From assembly GCA_003009755.1 (NCBI GenBank), contig PXUB01000048.1, positions 1-41,302 of the forward strand: DNA of 41,302 nucleotides, in the 5' to 3' direction. Positions 9,040 to 18,312 of this stretch are shown here, in pieces. The notes below the pieces were generated by a model. That model made no database searches. It was not told the origin of the DNA and saw nothing but the letters and a program-made list of their open reading frames with translations. The DNA comes from Thermoplasmatales archaeon SW_10_69_26 (lineage in GTDB: Archaea; Thermoplasmatota; SW-10-69-26). A program made the position numbers and the translations under genes. Within the stretch, counting starts at the first letter, position 1. Each line of letters starts with the position of its first letter.

Positions 9040-9350
9040 GCCTCCTCCCCGATCTGTTGACGGAGCTCGTTGGGCTCGACCTGGACGACGCGAGCCCGCA
9101 CCATGAAGAGGACGTGCTCCCAGGCGGCGTCCGGGACGTCCAGGATGTTGTTCTCGATGGCTTCCAGGCCCTCCAGGTCCGCGTCTCGGAGGGCGATGAT
9201 GTCGTTCACGGTCAGGAACGGCAGCCGGGACATGTCCGACCCGGTGGACCCTCGGATCGACTCGACGGAGCTACCGGTGGCCAGGTCGATCGGTTCCTCC
9301 TCGAGGGCCTGTTCGATCTGGCGGATCCGCTCGGGCGCGTCCGGGGACAC
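9036..9350 (-). CDS. hypothetical protein
   Basis: Acidic, globular-looking 104-aa ORF with host codon usage. Confidence 0.65.
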   Translation of the reverse strand: MSPDAPERIRQIEQALEEEPIDLATGSSVESIRGSTGSDMSRLPFLTVNDIIALRDADLEGLEAIENNILDVPDAAWEHVLFMVRARVVQVEPNELRQQIGEEA

Positions 9351-9446
9351 GTCAGCCCAACGGTCACTGACCCCTTATGAACGTTCCCGCCGGGGGACGG
9401 TGCCGAGCCCCGCCGGGAGGCTCACGTTTCGACGGTCGCCGGATAA

Positions 9447-9467
9447 CCGGTTTATTTACCCAACCGG
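9447..9467 (+). promoter_or_regulatory. TATA box embedded in an inverted repeat (putative operator)
   Basis: CCGGTT-TATTTACCC-AACCGG, ending 14 nt before ATG 9481. Confidence 0.55.
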
Positions 9468-9480
9468 CCAAGTCGACGTG

Positions 9481-11409
9481 ATGATGCGACGACGATGGCT
9501 CGTGTTCGCCGTGGCGGCCCTGCTGATCACGCCGGCAGGCGCCGTGCTCGCCCAGAACGACACGAACGAGACGAACGAGACGGACGGCGACGGCTTCGAC
9601 GCCAACGAGAGCGCCAACGCCTCCGACGACGAAGCCGACGAGGACGACGAGGAGGCCGAGGACGCCGACCAGGCGGACGAAGCCGAAGAAGCCGACGAGG
9701 ACGAGGCCGACGACGACGAGGCCGAGCAGGCTCGGGCCCGCGGCAGCTCGTCCAGCTGGACCGAGGACAACGGCACCTACACCGGCGAGTTCCTCCAGGT
9801 CACCGTCGACGAGGAGCTGCCCGGCCTCCGCGAGGTCACCTACGTCGAGCACGACGCGACCGTCTTCGCGTCCGTCGCGCTCTCCGGCGAGGCGTTCACC
9901 CACCACGCCAACCAGCACGTGCTGTCCGGGGAGACCGACGCCAACGAGTTCGCCGCGGTCGACGACGACGGCGGCCACCTGACCCTCGAGGGCGACGACG
10001 GCAACGCCACTCTCGAGGCCGCCGTCGCCGACGGCGTCGACGTCAACGCCAGCGACCGCTACAGCGACGACTCCTCCGCCTACCAGCTCCACCTCGGCAA
10101 CGAGACCTTCTGGGTCTACGGCGAGGACCTCGCCTACGACAACGGGACGTTCGCCGTCGACGACGAGGCTCGCCTCTCGCAGACGTTCCCCGCCGAGGAG
10201 GCCGAAGCCGAACGCGCCGGGGAGGACGAGGACGAGCGCGAGGACCGCCGCGAGGCGGGCTCGCAGTGGGATCGCTCGAACGACACCTTCGAGGGCGACC
10301 ACGTCTCGTTCACGCTCGACGCCAACCAGACGCGCATCCTCGACTACGCGCTGACGGGCTCCGCGACGCCGGTGTTCACCGAGGCCGACATCCCCGAGGG
10401 CAACGAGTCCCAGTGGCGCGCCCACGGCAAGGCCTTCGAGATGCGCACGGACGAGGAACGCATCCGCGTCGTCGACGTGCCGCCGGCCATCCTCGAGATC
10501 CGCGCCGACGACGAGACCGAGGCCCACCTCGCGCTCGCCGACGGCGTCAACGCCACCGTGGTCGAGGCCGACGACGACGAGGCCGTCTACGAGCTGCAGC
10601 TCGACGGGAACCGGACCGCCTGGGTCTTAGGCGAGGACCTCACGCTCGCCAACGGCACGTTCACCGTCGGCGACCGCGCGATGTTCCGCGCCATGCCGAC
10701 CGACCCCAGCGCCTCCGCCAACCAAGGCCCCGGCAGCATGCCCGAGGCCGGCGACGAGCGCGGTCCGCCCGAGGACCGCGGCCCGCCGGAGGAGGCCGGC
10801 CCCGAGGACGAGGCTGAGGACGAGGACGAGGAGGAGCGCGGTCCCCCCGCTCACGCGCTCAACAACAGCGTCCGAACCCAGGTCGAGCAGGCCAAGGCCG
10901 CCGGCCAGGTCGGCGCCGAGGTCCACGTCGGCGACAACGGCTCCCAGCCCGTCGCCGTCGAGATGGGCGAGGTCCGCGTGACGAATACCTGGAGCCCCGC
11001 CGAGAACGGCTCGGCCGGCATGCAGATCCAGGCGCCCGACGACGCCCCGGCCACGACCGTGACGATGAACCTCGAGAAGGGCGCGCTCGGCAACGTCTCC
11101 ATCACCGACGCCCCGCAGAAGCTCAGCGTCGAGTACGACAACGAGACGATCGCGATGGCCGACAGCCTCGACGACGTGCTGGAGCCGACCGACGACGAGG
11201 GCGAGCCCGAGTACCTGCTCCTCGTCGGCGGCGAGGAGGTTCAGGTCCTCGTCAGCGTCCCCCACTTCAGCCCGCACCAGATCGAGGTCGTCGAGACGCA
11301 AAGCAGCCAACAGGTCGACAGCAGCCAGGTCCCCGGCTTCACCGCCGTCTCGCTGGCCCTCGCTAGCGGCCTGGCCGCCGCCGTCGCCGGCATCCGCCGC
11401 CACGGCTGA
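9481..11409 (+). CDS. secreted acidic surface glycoprotein with tandem duplicated domain and PGF-CTERM
   Basis: Signal MMRRRWLVFAVAALL...VLA; many NxS/T sequons; two ~145-aa repeats; ends VPGF-TM-RRHG. Confidence 0.85.
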   Translation: MMRRRWLVFAVAALLITPAGAVLAQNDTNETNETDGDGFDANESANASDDEADEDDEEAEDADQADEAEEADEDEADDDEAEQARARGSSSSWTEDNGTYTGEFLQVTVDEELPGLREVTYVEHDATVFASVALSGEAFTHHANQHVLSGETDANEFAAVDDDGGHLTLEGDDGNATLEAAVADGVDVNASDRYSDDSSAYQLHLGNETFWVYGEDLAYDNGTFAVDDEARLSQTFPAEEAEAERAGEDEDEREDRREAGSQWDRSNDTFEGDHVSFTLDANQTRILDYALTGSATPVFTEADIPEGNESQWRAHGKAFEMRTDEERIRVVDVPPAILEIRADDETEAHLALADGVNATVVEADDDEAVYELQLDGNRTAWVLGEDLTLANGTFTVGDRAMFRAMPTDPSASANQGPGSMPEAGDERGPPEDRGPPEEAGPEDEAEDEDEEERGPPAHALNNSVRTQVEQAKAAGQVGAEVHVGDNGSQPVAVEMGEVRVTNTWSPAENGSAGMQIQAPDDAPATTVTMNLEKGALGNVSITDAPQKLSVEYDNETIAMADSLDDVLEPTDDEGEPEYLLLVGGEEVQVLVSVPHFSPHQIEVVETQSSQQVDSSQVPGFTAVSLALASGLAAAVAGIRRHG

Positions 11410-11433
11410 ACCACGACGAAGGAGGAACGAACC

Positions 11434-13725
11434 ATGCACAAGTCGGCCGTCGTCCTGATCGGGCTCGCGCTCACGCTCGCCCCCGCCATCCCCAGCCTCG
11501 CCCAGGGGCAAGCCGGCGAGGGGCCGCCCGGTGAGGGCTGCTCGGCCGCCCCCTTCGAAGGCGAGCACTGGACCCTCGACGTCGATCGGGCCCTGCCCGG
11601 CGCCGTCGACCTCACCCTGACCGCGAGCAACGCCACCCTCGCCGACGAGATCGGTCTCCCCGGCGAGGAGATCGACTGCGGCATCGAGGACGACCGCGTG
11701 CGCCTGTCCACCGACGCCGGCGAGCTCCGCATCCGCGACCGCGCCGAGCTCCGCCTGGGCCTGGCGACCGACGACGAGGCCCCCGCGAGCATCGCGCTCG
11801 CCTCCGCGGTCGCCGTCGAGGACGCGGCCGACGACGAGGGCGAGGACCGCTACCGACTGACGCCCGAGGACGGACCCACGCTCGTCCTCACCGGCGAGGC
11901 GATCAGCCTCTCCGAGGACGGGACCACGCTGACGGTCACCGGCGACGCCCAGCTGTTCCGCGACCCCTCCGACGAGGGAGACGACCGCGAGCAGGCCCGC
12001 GGCGGCTCGGACGAGGCCTCGGCCAACCGGACCGACCGCGGCCAAGCCGACGACGGGAACGAGACCGACGACGGACCCGAGACCGAGGACGGGACCGACG
12101 ACGAGCGCGAGGCCTCGGACCGCGGCCGCGAGCGCGGCCCCCCTCGGTCGACCGTGAGGCAGGCTACCTATGCGGTCGGCGCCGCCGAGCTGCGGCTCGC
12201 CGACGACACGCTGCACGAGGTCTCCTGGCGCAACGCCACCCTGTTCCGATCCATCGAGGTCCCCGGCCTCACCCCGGCCGAGGAACGCCGCCAAGGCCCC
12301 CAGCTAGAGCTCGAAGGCGAGGACGCCCGGATCCGCCTGGCGGCCGCCGGCGGCTTGATGGGCCGCATCGACGCCGACGAGACCCTCGAGGTGCGCCTGT
12401 CCGAGGAGGTCGAGGCCCAGCGAGAGGGCGAGCACGTCTTCCTGTCGACCGACAACCTGCTCGTCGTCGTCGAAGGCGACGAGCTCGTGCTCGACGATCG
12501 CAACCTGACCGCCGGGGAGCTGCGGTTCCACGCCCGGTCCCCCCAACAGAACGACGGCCCGGTCTGGCGCGGCCAGGACACCCAGGCCGCCGAGCTGCCC
12601 TACACGTTCGAGGGCCGCAACGTCGCCTTCGAGCTGCACGAGGACGGGCTCCGCAACGCCAGCGTCCACGGCACGCCGGTCGGCGAGGTCAGCTTCGACC
12701 CGATCGCGATCGAGGAGCTCGAACGCCGAGGCGCCAGCTTCGCCGTGGAGGGCGAGAGCTTCGAGCTGCGCCTCCAGGACACGCCCGCCGTCCAGCTGCA
12801 CCTCGAGGCCGACAACCTCACCGCCGACCTGCCGGCCGAGACCACGCTGCCCTCCGGCGCCCAGGTGACCACCGACGTCGAGGCGGACGAGCTCGGGCTG
12901 CGCGTGAACCGACCCGCGGACGCGCTCGCCAACGAGACCAGCGTCGACCACCGCCCCGCCGAGCAACCGGTCGAGCGGACCGAGGGACCCCAGCCCGGTC
13001 TCGAGACGAGCAGTGACGAGGGCCGCCTGGGCGTGGAAAGCCCCAGCCCGAACACGATCACGACGCGCTTCGACAGCAGCGACGAGCTGGCGCCGAACGT
13101 CAGCGTCGAGCTGGGCCTGGCTCGGGCGATGCTGATCGACGACACCAACGGCAACAACCGCGTCGACGTCGGCGAGCCCGCCCTAGCCGAACGCCCGCTG
13201 GCCAACGGGACCGCCCGGGTCGAGGGCGACGAGCTCGTGCACCGGTTCGCGCTGTGGTCGGGCAACCTGACCGTGACCGTCGAGCCGGGCAACGAGACGG
13301 CCAAGGTCACCTACGTCGCCGAGAACCTCTCGGCCCCGCCCGGGACGCTGTTCGTGCTCGAGACCAGCGTGCAGGCGCCGCCCGACGCGAACCTGACGCC
13401 CACCGACACCGGCGTGATCGTCGAGAACGGCACGACCAGCGCCGCCTACAGCGCCACCGGGCCCGTCACCGTCGACGGCGAGGAGGCCTGGGCCCAGCGC
13501 TCGATCTTCGTCGACGGCGACGACCGCGTCCGCGTGCTCGTCGCCTACCCCGCCGGCGACGACATCGTGCACGATCCGACCGTGTCGGTGCAAAGCAGCG
13601 CGAGCGAGGTCGCCCAGCAGCTGGCCGCCAGCCCCTACGCCATCCTCGTCGGGGCCGGCCTGGCCGCCATCATGGTCGTGGCCACCGTCGCCTACCGGCG
13701 CCGCCAACGCCCGCCGCGACCCTGA
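11434..13725 (+). CDS. large secreted, C-terminally membrane-anchored protein
   Basis: SD AGGAGG; signal peptide; repeated FEG-type domain; DTNGNNRVDVGEP...YPAGDDIVHDP domain; TM followed by YRRRQR. Confidence 0.85.
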   Translation: MHKSAVVLIGLALTLAPAIPSLAQGQAGEGPPGEGCSAAPFEGEHWTLDVDRALPGAVDLTLTASNATLADEIGLPGEEIDCGIEDDRVRLSTDAGELRIRDRAELRLGLATDDEAPASIALASAVAVEDAADDEGEDRYRLTPEDGPTLVLTGEAISLSEDGTTLTVTGDAQLFRDPSDEGDDREQARGGSDEASANRTDRGQADDGNETDDGPETEDGTDDEREASDRGRERGPPRSTVRQATYAVGAAELRLADDTLHEVSWRNATLFRSIEVPGLTPAEERRQGPQLELEGEDARIRLAAAGGLMGRIDADETLEVRLSEEVEAQREGEHVFLSTDNLLVVVEGDELVLDDRNLTAGELRFHARSPQQNDGPVWRGQDTQAAELPYTFEGRNVAFELHEDGLRNASVHGTPVGEVSFDPIAIEELERRGASFAVEGESFELRLQDTPAVQLHLEADNLTADLPAETTLPSGAQVTTDVEADELGLRVNRPADALANETSVDHRPAEQPVERTEGPQPGLETSSDEGRLGVESPSPNTITTRFDSSDELAPNVSVELGLARAMLIDDTNGNNRVDVGEPALAERPLANGTARVEGDELVHRFALWSGNLTVTVEPGNETAKVTYVAENLSAPPGTLFVLETSVQAPPDANLTPTDTGVIVENGTTSAAYSATGPVTVDGEEAWAQRSIFVDGDDRVRVLVAYPAGDDIVHDPTVSVQSSASEVAQQLAASPYAILVGAGLAAIMVVATVAYRRRQRPPRP

Positions 13726-13767
13726 GGTGAAGGACGCTCGCCTCGGCGGGCCGTGGCCGAGGCGAAC

Positions 13768-13790
13768 CCGCCGGTTCATTTAACCAGCGG
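13768..13790 (+). promoter_or_regulatory. TATA-like element in an inverted repeat (putative operator)
   Basis: CCGCCGGTT-CATTT-AACCAGCGG; 14/16 identical to 9447-9462. Confidence 0.5.
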
Positions 13791-13805
13791 CGCTGTTCGG
13801 TGGCC

Positions 13806-14078
13806 ATGGCGAGCGTGGCCGACGTGGCCGCGGGGGCCGCCGGCGCCGGTGCCCTGCTGGGGTTGGCGTTGACGGTGATCGCCGCCATCGCCTACCGGCG
13901 CACCCGCGGTTCGCGCAACCTGTACCTCTCCGTTGCCTTCCTGCTGTTGTCCGTGCAGGCGGGCCTGAGCGCCTACCTGCTCCAGCTGCGCGCCGATCTC
14001 CCCCCGCTGTGGTTGGCCGTACCGATCGCGAAGACGGCCGCGCTCGTGCTGATGTACCTCGCCTTGCTCCGGGTGTGA
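13806..14078 (+). CDS. small 3-TM membrane protein
   Basis: Three hydrophobic helices with a basic loop AYRRTRGSRN; stop overlaps the regulator ATG. Confidence 0.8.
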   Translation: MASVADVAAGAAGAGALLGLALTVIAAIAYRRTRGSRNLYLSVAFLLLSVQAGLSAYLLQLRADLPPLWLAVPIAKTAALVLMYLALLRV

Positions 14079-14683
14079 TGGTGCTGAGCTGCCATCGTGG
14101 TCGACCGACCGGCGTCCTCGTGCTCCTCGTCGCCCAGTCCGGCGAGGACCCCACGGACCTGGAGAAGCGCCGGCGCGTCTTCCTCACCGTGAACCGCTAC
14201 CCCGGCCTCACGCTGGCACGCCTGGCCCGCGAAGCCGACGTCGACGAGTCGCTGGCCCGCTACCACGTTCGCATCCTCGAGGACGCCAAGCTCGTCCGAT
14301 CCGAGGAGGAGGGCGGCCACCGCCGCATCTTCCCGCTCGAGAAGACCAAGGCCGGCGCGGCCGACCCACTCGACGAGCGAGACCGGCAGTGGCTGGCCTT
14401 GCTGCGACGACCGCCGATCCTGCGCGCCGTCGTCGCCCTGTTGCACGAGGAACCGATGAACGCCGGCGGGCTCGCGGAGGCCTGCGGCGTCTCCCGTTCG
14501 ACGGCCAGCCACCACATCTCCCGCATGGAGGAGGGCGAGATCGTCGCCATCGAGCGCGATGGACGATCGCGCATGATCTCGTTGGCCGACCGCGAGCGCG
14601 TCGTCGGCCTGCTGGCCGAGCACCCGCCCCCGCCCGACATGGTGCAGGGCTTCATCGAGGCCTGGGACGACCTGGGGTTGTGA
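14078..14683 (+). CDS. tandem winged helix-turn-helix (ArsR-like x2) transcriptional regulator
   Basis: YPGLTLARLAREA...ARYHVRILEDAKLV and MNAGGLAEACGVSRSTASHHISRMEEGEIVAIERDGR; start approximate. Confidence 0.88.
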   Translation: MVLSCHRGRPTGVLVLLVAQSGEDPTDLEKRRRVFLTVNRYPGLTLARLAREADVDESLARYHVRILEDAKLVRSEEEGGHRRIFPLEKTKAGAADPLDERDRQWLALLRRPPILRAVVALLHEEPMNAGGLAEACGVSRSTASHHISRMEEGEIVAIERDGRSRMISLADRERVVGLLAEHPPPPDMVQGFIEAWDDLGL

Positions 14684-14756
14684 GGGCTACTCCTCGCGGG
14701 CTCCCTCGCTCAGGCCTCGCTCGCGTCGTCGGGTCCTTCCCGGTCGTGAGGGGGGT

Positions 14757-15428
14757 TCAGGTTCGCGGCGGCTTGCCCGGCTTGGCCGGGATCACGTCGA
14801 GCACGTCCTCGACGTCGGCGAGCACGAGATCGGCCTCGGCGACCTCGCCGGCCGCCAGCGTCGTGGCGACGCCGACGACGACCATGCCGGCCTTGCGAGC
14901 GCTCTGGATGCCGCGCGGCGCGTTCTCGACCGCCAGGCAACGCTCGGGCTCGACGCCCAGCCCCTCGGCCGCCGTCTCGAAGGCCTGGGGATGGGGCTTG
15001 TCGTGCTCGTAGGTCTCCTCGCTGGCCACGAAATCGAACCGGTCGGCCAGCTCGCCGGCGATGCCCGGCACGTTCTCGCGCCGCGTGCCGGTGCAGATCG
15101 CCAGCGGGTACCCGCGCTCGTCGATCGTCTCGACGACCTGGCGCGCCCACGGATACAGGCCCGGCTCGCCGATGCGCTCGAAGACGCGCTGCTTGATCGT
15201 GGCCAGGCGTCCGACGAGCTCCTCGTCCGGGTCGCGGCCGGCCTCCTCCATGAACGATCGGATGATCGTCTCCGAGCGCGCGCCCTCGCGCAAGTACACC
15301 TGATGGACGTCGACCGGGACGCCCAGCGGTTGCAGCGTCAGCTGGTAGGCGACCGCGTGGACCTGGATGGAGCTGGCCAGCACGCCGTCGAAGTCGAACA
15401 CGACGGCATCGATCGGGCGCTCGGACAC
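14757..15428 (-). CDS. HAD-family phosphatase (beta-phosphoglucomutase-like)
   Basis: FDFDGVL, CTG, DKPHP, VENAPRGIQSARKAGM. Confidence 0.9.
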   Translation of the reverse strand: MSERPIDAVVFDFDGVLASSIQVHAVAYQLTLQPLGVPVDVHQVYLREGARSETIIRSFMEEAGRDPDEELVGRLATIKQRVFERIGEPGLYPWARQVVETIDERGYPLAICTGTRRENVPGIAGELADRFDFVASEETYEHDKPHPQAFETAAEGLGVEPERCLAVENAPRGIQSARKAGMVVVGVATTLAAGEVAEADLVLADVEDVLDVIPAKPGKPPRT

Positions 15429-15558
15429 GGCCCGGGATACCGCTGCGCGGTAAGGGCTTTACCCCCAGAGAGGAAGCCGAGGACGGGGAGGCTGGAACCC
15501 GACCGGAGAGCCGTCGACCGAGCGCGAAGCTCTTGAGTCACGGTCGCGATGGACGGCC

Positions 15559-16221
15559 GTGGTCTCCGCAACCGACGACGTGCGCCAGCGGTTGCCCGAC
15601 GTCCAGCTCCGGTGGGCGATCCTCGCCCGTGAGGACCCGCCCGCCGAGGCCGGAAAGCCGGCCCCGGCCGCGATCGAGCAGGCTCGCCAGCGCTCGTTGG
15701 ACGAGGTGGGCGCCGATCCGATCGCCGAGACCTACCGCTCGTTCTTCTGGGCCGTCGACGTCGACCCCACCAAGCGCCGGCCAGCCGGCGAGGCGCTAGC
15801 GCGACGCTCGAGCGAGGGGGGTCTGCCCGAGATCCACCCGCTCGTCGACGCCTACAACCGGGCCTCCGCCGCCACGCTGGTGGCCCTGTCCGCCTTCGAT
15901 CGCGACGCGTTAGCGGGCGAGCTGACCTTGGACGTGGCCGACGAGGACGAGGCCCTGGACGCGCTCGGGGAGGCCGATCCGGTGCAGCCGGTCGGCGACC
16001 AGCCCGTGTGGCGCGACGACGAGGGGCTGGTCGGCCTGAGCGCCTACCGCGATGGCCAGCGCACCGCGCTGTCCGCCGACAGCAGGCAGGCGATCGTCGT
16101 CGCGCTCGCGCCCGACGAGGTCTCCAGCGAGCGCGTCGCGGAGGCGTTCACGCTCACGGAGCAGCTGGCCGAGCCGGCCGGTTGGCACGTCGACGAGGCC
16201 ACGACGCGGCGCCTCGGATGA
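15559..16221 (+). CDS. stand-alone B3/B4 (PheRS beta editing-like) domain protein
   Basis: YRSFF..VDVDPTKRRPAGEALARR, LPEIHPLVDAYN.AS, FDRDAL.G, YRDGQRT. Confidence 0.85.
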   Translation: MVSATDDVRQRLPDVQLRWAILAREDPPAEAGKPAPAAIEQARQRSLDEVGADPIAETYRSFFWAVDVDPTKRRPAGEALARRSSEGGLPEIHPLVDAYNRASAATLVALSAFDRDALAGELTLDVADEDEALDALGEADPVQPVGDQPVWRDDEGLVGLSAYRDGQRTALSADSRQAIVVALAPDEVSSERVAEAFTLTEQLAEPAGWHVDEATTRRLG

Positions 16222-16327
16222 GGTCCGCGAGCCGCTCGCGAGAGTGGACAACCCGCGTCATCGGCCTACAGAGGGTCATCGCGGTTGAGGGGGGGGGATC
16301 GCAGATACTGCTCCGCCTCTTTTTGAC

Positions 16328-16381
16328 GAAAATTTCCTCGGCGATCGCTCCTACGGGAACACCGCAGAACCGGAAATTTTC
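16328..16381. repeat. perfect AT-rich 10-bp inverted repeat between convergent genes
   Basis: GAAAATTTCC (16328-16337) / GGAAATTTTC (16372-16381), preceded by a T-tract. Confidence 0.6.
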
Positions 16382-17273
16382 ACAAGATGCGTTTGCCGAA
16401 GGCGCTGCCGGCCAGGCCCACGGCCAGGTCGGCGGTCCGGTTGCGCTCGTCGAGGATCGGGTTGACCTCCACGACCTCCATCGACCCCATCGAGCCGCTG
16501 TCGTTGACGATCTCCATCGCCAGGTGCGCCTCCCGGTAGGAGATCCCGCCGGGCACGGGCGTCCCCACGCCGGGCGCGATCTCGGGATCGACCACGTCCA
16601 TGTCGAGCGAGACGTGCAGCCAGTCGGTGTCGGGGTCGATGTCCTCGATCGCGGCCTCCATGACCGAGCGCATGCCTTGCTCGTCGATGTCCCGCATCGT
16701 GTGCACCGAGATGTCGGACTCGCGCAGCGCCTCGGCCTCGGGTGGATCCAGCGAGCGCGTCCCGACCATCGCGACGTCCTCCTCGCGGACCTTGGGCGCG
16801 ACGCCGCCGATCTCGCACAGCCGCGGGTCGCCGCGTCCGACGATCGAGGCCAGCGGCATGCCGTGCACGTTCCCGCTGGGCGTCGTCTTCGGCGTGTTGA
16901 AGTCACCGTGCGCGTCGATCCACAGGATGCCGACGCGGGAGTCCTCGGTGGCGATCCCGGCGGCGGTCCCCATCGCCAGCGAGTGGTCGCCGCCGATGAC
17001 GAGGGGGACCTCGTCCTCGAGCTTGGCGCGGCGCACGCGGCGAGCCACGGCCTCCGACGTGCGGACGATCTCGTCCACGAACCGCATGCCGGCCTCGTCC
17101 ATCGCCTGGGTCTCGGGTTCGTGGGCGAACACGTTCCCGCCGTCCTCGACGTCGTGGTCGAGATTCTCCAGCCGCGAGGCCAGGTCGGCGGCTCGGAGCG
17201 CCGAGGGGCCCATGTCGGTCCCGCGCCGGTTGCTGCCGAGGTCCATCGGCACCCCGATGATCCGGACGTTCAT
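16380..17273 (-). CDS. rocF: arginase
   Basis: GTDMGPSALR, GGDHS, WIDAHGDFNTP.TTPSGNVHGMP, HVSLDMDVVDP..APGVGTPVPGG, VEVNP. Confidence 0.95.
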   Translation of the reverse strand: MNVRIIGVPMDLGSNRRGTDMGPSALRAADLASRLENLDHDVEDGGNVFAHEPETQAMDEAGMRFVDEIVRTSEAVARRVRRAKLEDEVPLVIGGDHSLAMGTAAGIATEDSRVGILWIDAHGDFNTPKTTPSGNVHGMPLASIVGRGDPRLCEIGGVAPKVREEDVAMVGTRSLDPPEAEALRESDISVHTMRDIDEQGMRSVMEAAIEDIDPDTDWLHVSLDMDVVDPEIAPGVGTPVPGGISYREAHLAMEIVNDSGSMGSMEVVEVNPILDERNRTADLAVGLAGSAFGKRIL

Positions 17274-17400
17274 CGGGCGGCCAGAGCCGTGCCAGCGTTA
17301 AAGCCTTGGCTCAGCCGCCTCCGGGGTCGGCTGTGGCCGGCCGAGCCCACCGGCGCCTGGCCCGAACGTTTTAATCAGACGCAGGTTAAACCGGGGTCCG

Positions 17401-18039
17401 ATGCGCATCACGGAGATCTTCTACAGCCTGCAGGGCGAGGGCCTGTTGGCAGGCGTGCCTACGGTCTTCGTCCGCACGACGGGCTGCCATCTGCGATGTT
17501 CGTGGTGCGACACCGCCTATTCCTTCTACGGCGGCGAGGAGCTCTCCGTCGACGAGATCCTCGACGAGGTCCGCCAACACCCCACCGACAACGTCTGCTT
17601 CACCGGCGGCGAACCCCTCATCCAAGACGAGGCCCCCGAGCTCGTCGAGACGCTGCTGAACGAGGACTACGAGGTCGTGATCGAGACCAGCGGCTCCCTG
17701 GACCTCTCCGCGTACCGCGAGATGCAGCCCCGCGAGAACCTGCGCCTCAGCGTCGACGTCAAGCTGCCCAGCTCGGAGATGACCGACGAGAACGAGCTCG
17801 GCGAGCTCGAGCACCTGCAACCCCACGACCAGGTCAAGTTCGTCGTCGCCAGCCAGGAGGACTACGACTACGCCAAGTCCGTCATCGACAAGGTCTCCAC
17901 CCAGGCCCCCATCGTCGTCCAACCCGTCTGGGGCAAGAACGAGACGTGGCTGGCCGAGCAGATCCTCGAGGACGGGCTCGACGTGCGCTTCTCCATGCAG
18001 ATGCACAAGCTCCTCTGGGGCGAGAAGCCCGGCGTGTGA
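17401..18039 (+). CDS. queE: 7-carboxy-7-deazaguanine synthase (radical SAM)
   Basis: EIFYSLQGEG, GCHLRCSWCDT, TGGEPL, IETSGS, QMHK. Confidence 0.9.
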   Translation: MRITEIFYSLQGEGLLAGVPTVFVRTTGCHLRCSWCDTAYSFYGGEELSVDEILDEVRQHPTDNVCFTGGEPLIQDEAPELVETLLNEDYEVVIETSGSLDLSAYREMQPRENLRLSVDVKLPSSEMTDENELGELEHLQPHDQVKFVVASQEDYDYAKSVIDKVSTQAPIVVQPVWGKNETWLAEQILEDGLDVRFSMQMHKLLWGEKPGV

Positions 18040-18296
18040 CCCAACGCTTTGTACCGCCGGTCGCCTTCTCGCTCGTGGCCAGCGACGAGGTCGAAGCCTC
18101 GGTCCGACGCTTGGGGACGAGCCTGTGCACCGTCGGCGTGCTGGCCGCGCTCGTCGGTGTCGCTTGGCTAGCATTCGGTTCCAGCCAGCGTGCCGCCCAG
18201 CTCGCCATCGGCGGCCTGGTCACGGGGCTCGTCGGCGCGATGGTGCTGCTGTTCGTGCCGGACCGGTTGCCGCCCGAGGAACGCGACGAGCGGTGA
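18036..18296 (+). CDS. small 2-TM membrane protein
   Basis: GTG overlaps the queE stop; two hydrophobic helices and a charged tail; start uncertain. Confidence 0.6.
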   Translation: MTQRFVPPVAFSLVASDEVEASVRRLGTSLCTVGVLAALVGVAWLAFGSSQRAAQLAIGGLVTGLVGAMVLLFVPDRLPPEERDER

Positions 18297-18312
18297 GGCT
18301 GGGTCGCCGTCG

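Noticed and set aside
9620-9730. GACGAG-rich quasi-repeats (also 10770-10850 and 25790-25940) as CRISPR or tandem DNA repeats
   Set aside because: Explained by low-complexity acidic protein linkers; no constant repeat with unique spacers
16008-18035. Most of the 762-aa ORF 16008..18296
   Set aside because: Antisense to arginase and off-frame to queE; only the last ~86 codons look like a real membrane protein
17401-18039. queE as part of a DNA 7-deazaguanine modification (dpd) defence island
   Set aside because: No dpdA, queC/queD or restriction genes nearby; archaeosine precursor synthesis is the simpler explanation
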